Source: Azolla caroliniana
Lineage: Eukaryota > Plantae > Polypodiophyta
Reading direction: 5' to 3'
Assembly (NCBI GenBank): GCA_043228905.1
Contig: JBHGNT010000002.1
Location: 17,174,001 to 17,238,000, forward strand
Length of the DNA stretch: 64,000 bases
In this document: positions 62,431 through 64,000 of the stretch, piece after piece
Layout: every line of letters starts with the position of its first letter
Numbering within the stretch: position 1 is the stretch's first letter
Program-made: the position numbers and the translations under genes
The notes under the pieces: model-generated
What the model was told of the DNA's origin: nothing
The model's database searches: none
What the model saw: the letters and a program-made list of their open reading frames with translations, nothing else

Positions 62431-63360
62431 TAGCTGAACTGTTAGTGATGTCTGAAATTGAACTATTTGGTATACCAAAATACTCTCTCATTTATCTGAA
62501 ATAGTTATACCAGTGTCTTTCAATTGTCTTTCGATTGTACTTGAACTTTAACTGAACTTTTAGTGATGTCTGAAATTGAACTATTTGGTATACCAAAATC
62601 TAGTAGTTATACGAGTGTGAAATTCTATATTGCCAATTGCAGAGAATGAAAATGTATTCTATTGTTAACTCTTGTAGTGTAATCTGAATTTCTATATTGC
62701 TAATTCTGAAATGATCTTTGATGAGGGAGGTACGAATTTCTCACACTCCCAGGTACACTCCCATGCAACCATGACTGTGTTGATTACAAATAAAATTCTA
62801 TATTGTTAACTGAGATGGTATATACAATTCGTTATACCAGATGAAGATTTAGAAGACTGGTATATACTGTCATGCAACCGAACTTTACATTAGATGTATG
62901 TATCCGTCTAACTGAGATACTTTGGGAGACTACTATGTATTACTTAATACTTGCAATTGACATTGGGAGACTGCTATGTATTACTTAATACTTGCAATTG
63001 ACATACTTGCAATTGACATTAGTACTAAACTAATATGTATATTGATACTTGTGTTAGTACTAATATGTATATTGATACTTGCGTTAGTACTAATATGTAT
63101 ATTGATACTTGCGAAGTATGGTCTCCTTGAGTGCACATGGTTAGAGTTGAATAATGACTTGAGTGCACACAATAGAGACTTGATAGTTGAATAAGTTTGG
63201 GCCATATTTAGGCTACTAAGTATTCAAGACTTCACACCTTAAACCATAGAAACAAGCAACTCTATAATTACCATAAACACTGACAATACAGAAGTATTGA
63301 AGACTTCACACCTTAAACCATGGAAACAAGCAACTCTATAATTACCATAAACACTTACAA
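62400..63360. repeat. cluster of short tandem duplications
   Basis: Duplicated blocks at ~62405/62525, 62923/62965, 63030-63110 (TAATATGTATATTGATACTTG three times) and 63225/63300. Confidence 0.7.
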
Positions 63361-63541
63361 TACAAGCTCAATAAATAGTCTCAATACATCAAATATATCG
63401 ATTCATAATACATAATAGAAGAAAGAGGAATTATATCGATTCATTTGTCAATCATCAAAATTAATATATCAATTCATCAAATAGTGAACTACAAGTGGAT
63501 GTTTTTCAGTTTTTTGGTACAATGTATTGATAGGGTGACTT

Positions 63542-64000
63542 TCAAGCATTAAATAGAGAGACCTCCCCTAATATGTGCTCATGAACCTCTTGGGGGACCT
63601 TGTAGACAGTGTTGTATCCCTTAACCTTGTGCTTTGCTTGAGTCATATTGAATTTGATCGCAAGAATGACATCAACGTAGATTATTGTGATCGGTGCTTC
63701 TTTTAGTAATGCATATGTGTTCTTGCACTACGACAACTTTGCATAATAGTTTCCATACACGACAGACTCACCAAGGTTGCAATTGTTGCCCCAGCCATCC
63801 CTCACCACTTTTTTCAATAATGTCTTTCCTTGCTTGCACACCACAATGTAGTAGTCTTCTAAATCTTCATTCCGAGGAGATTTGAGCACTGCAAAATGAT
63901 CTCCAACTTCCAATAAAACTGCCATGTCTTGATGTTGGTTGTAGTATACAATATCGTTTGAATGTGCATCCTCTTCAATATCATCTTGTCGTTCAGGCTC
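63542..64000 (-). pseudogene. 3' end of a conserved-looking ORF, probably a DNA-transposon transposase C-terminal domain (one in-frame TAG)
   Basis: VGDHFAV...YYIVVC...DGWG...VVYGNYY*...AIKFNM...HKVKGYNTVYK. The family assignment is recollection only; the catalytic core lies outside the window. Confidence 0.45.

Overview
Eukaryotic, almost entirely transposon-derived DNA. It looks plant-like and most consistent with a non-seed plant such as a moss; this is inferred from the retroelement types, PBS tRNAs and TTTAGGG motifs and is not verified. Contents: (1) a minus-strand Ty3/Gypsy element (tRNA-Trp PBS, gag-PR then RT) whose apparent 5' LTR is ~4.1 kb and carries a long antisense ORF; (2) two decayed Sola-like DDE transposase genes; (3) five Ty1/Copia elements, including one intact and very young copy (LTRs appear identical, perfect TSD, 1383-aa polyprotein) sitting just upstream of a small orphan ORF, one RT-less derivative and a nested pair; (4) two non-autonomous LTR elements, one non-coding and one encoding Gag plus an acidic repeat protein; (5) solo LTRs, a hAT MITE and tandem repeats; (6) a decayed RING-H2 gene convergent on a transposase-like C-terminus. 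The most notable signals are the ORF-bearing giant LTR, a conserved GGAUUUU -1 frameshift site between protease and RT, and recurrent tRNA-like Pol III A/B boxes in LTR/LTR-like sequence. All calls were made by eye; no searches were run.
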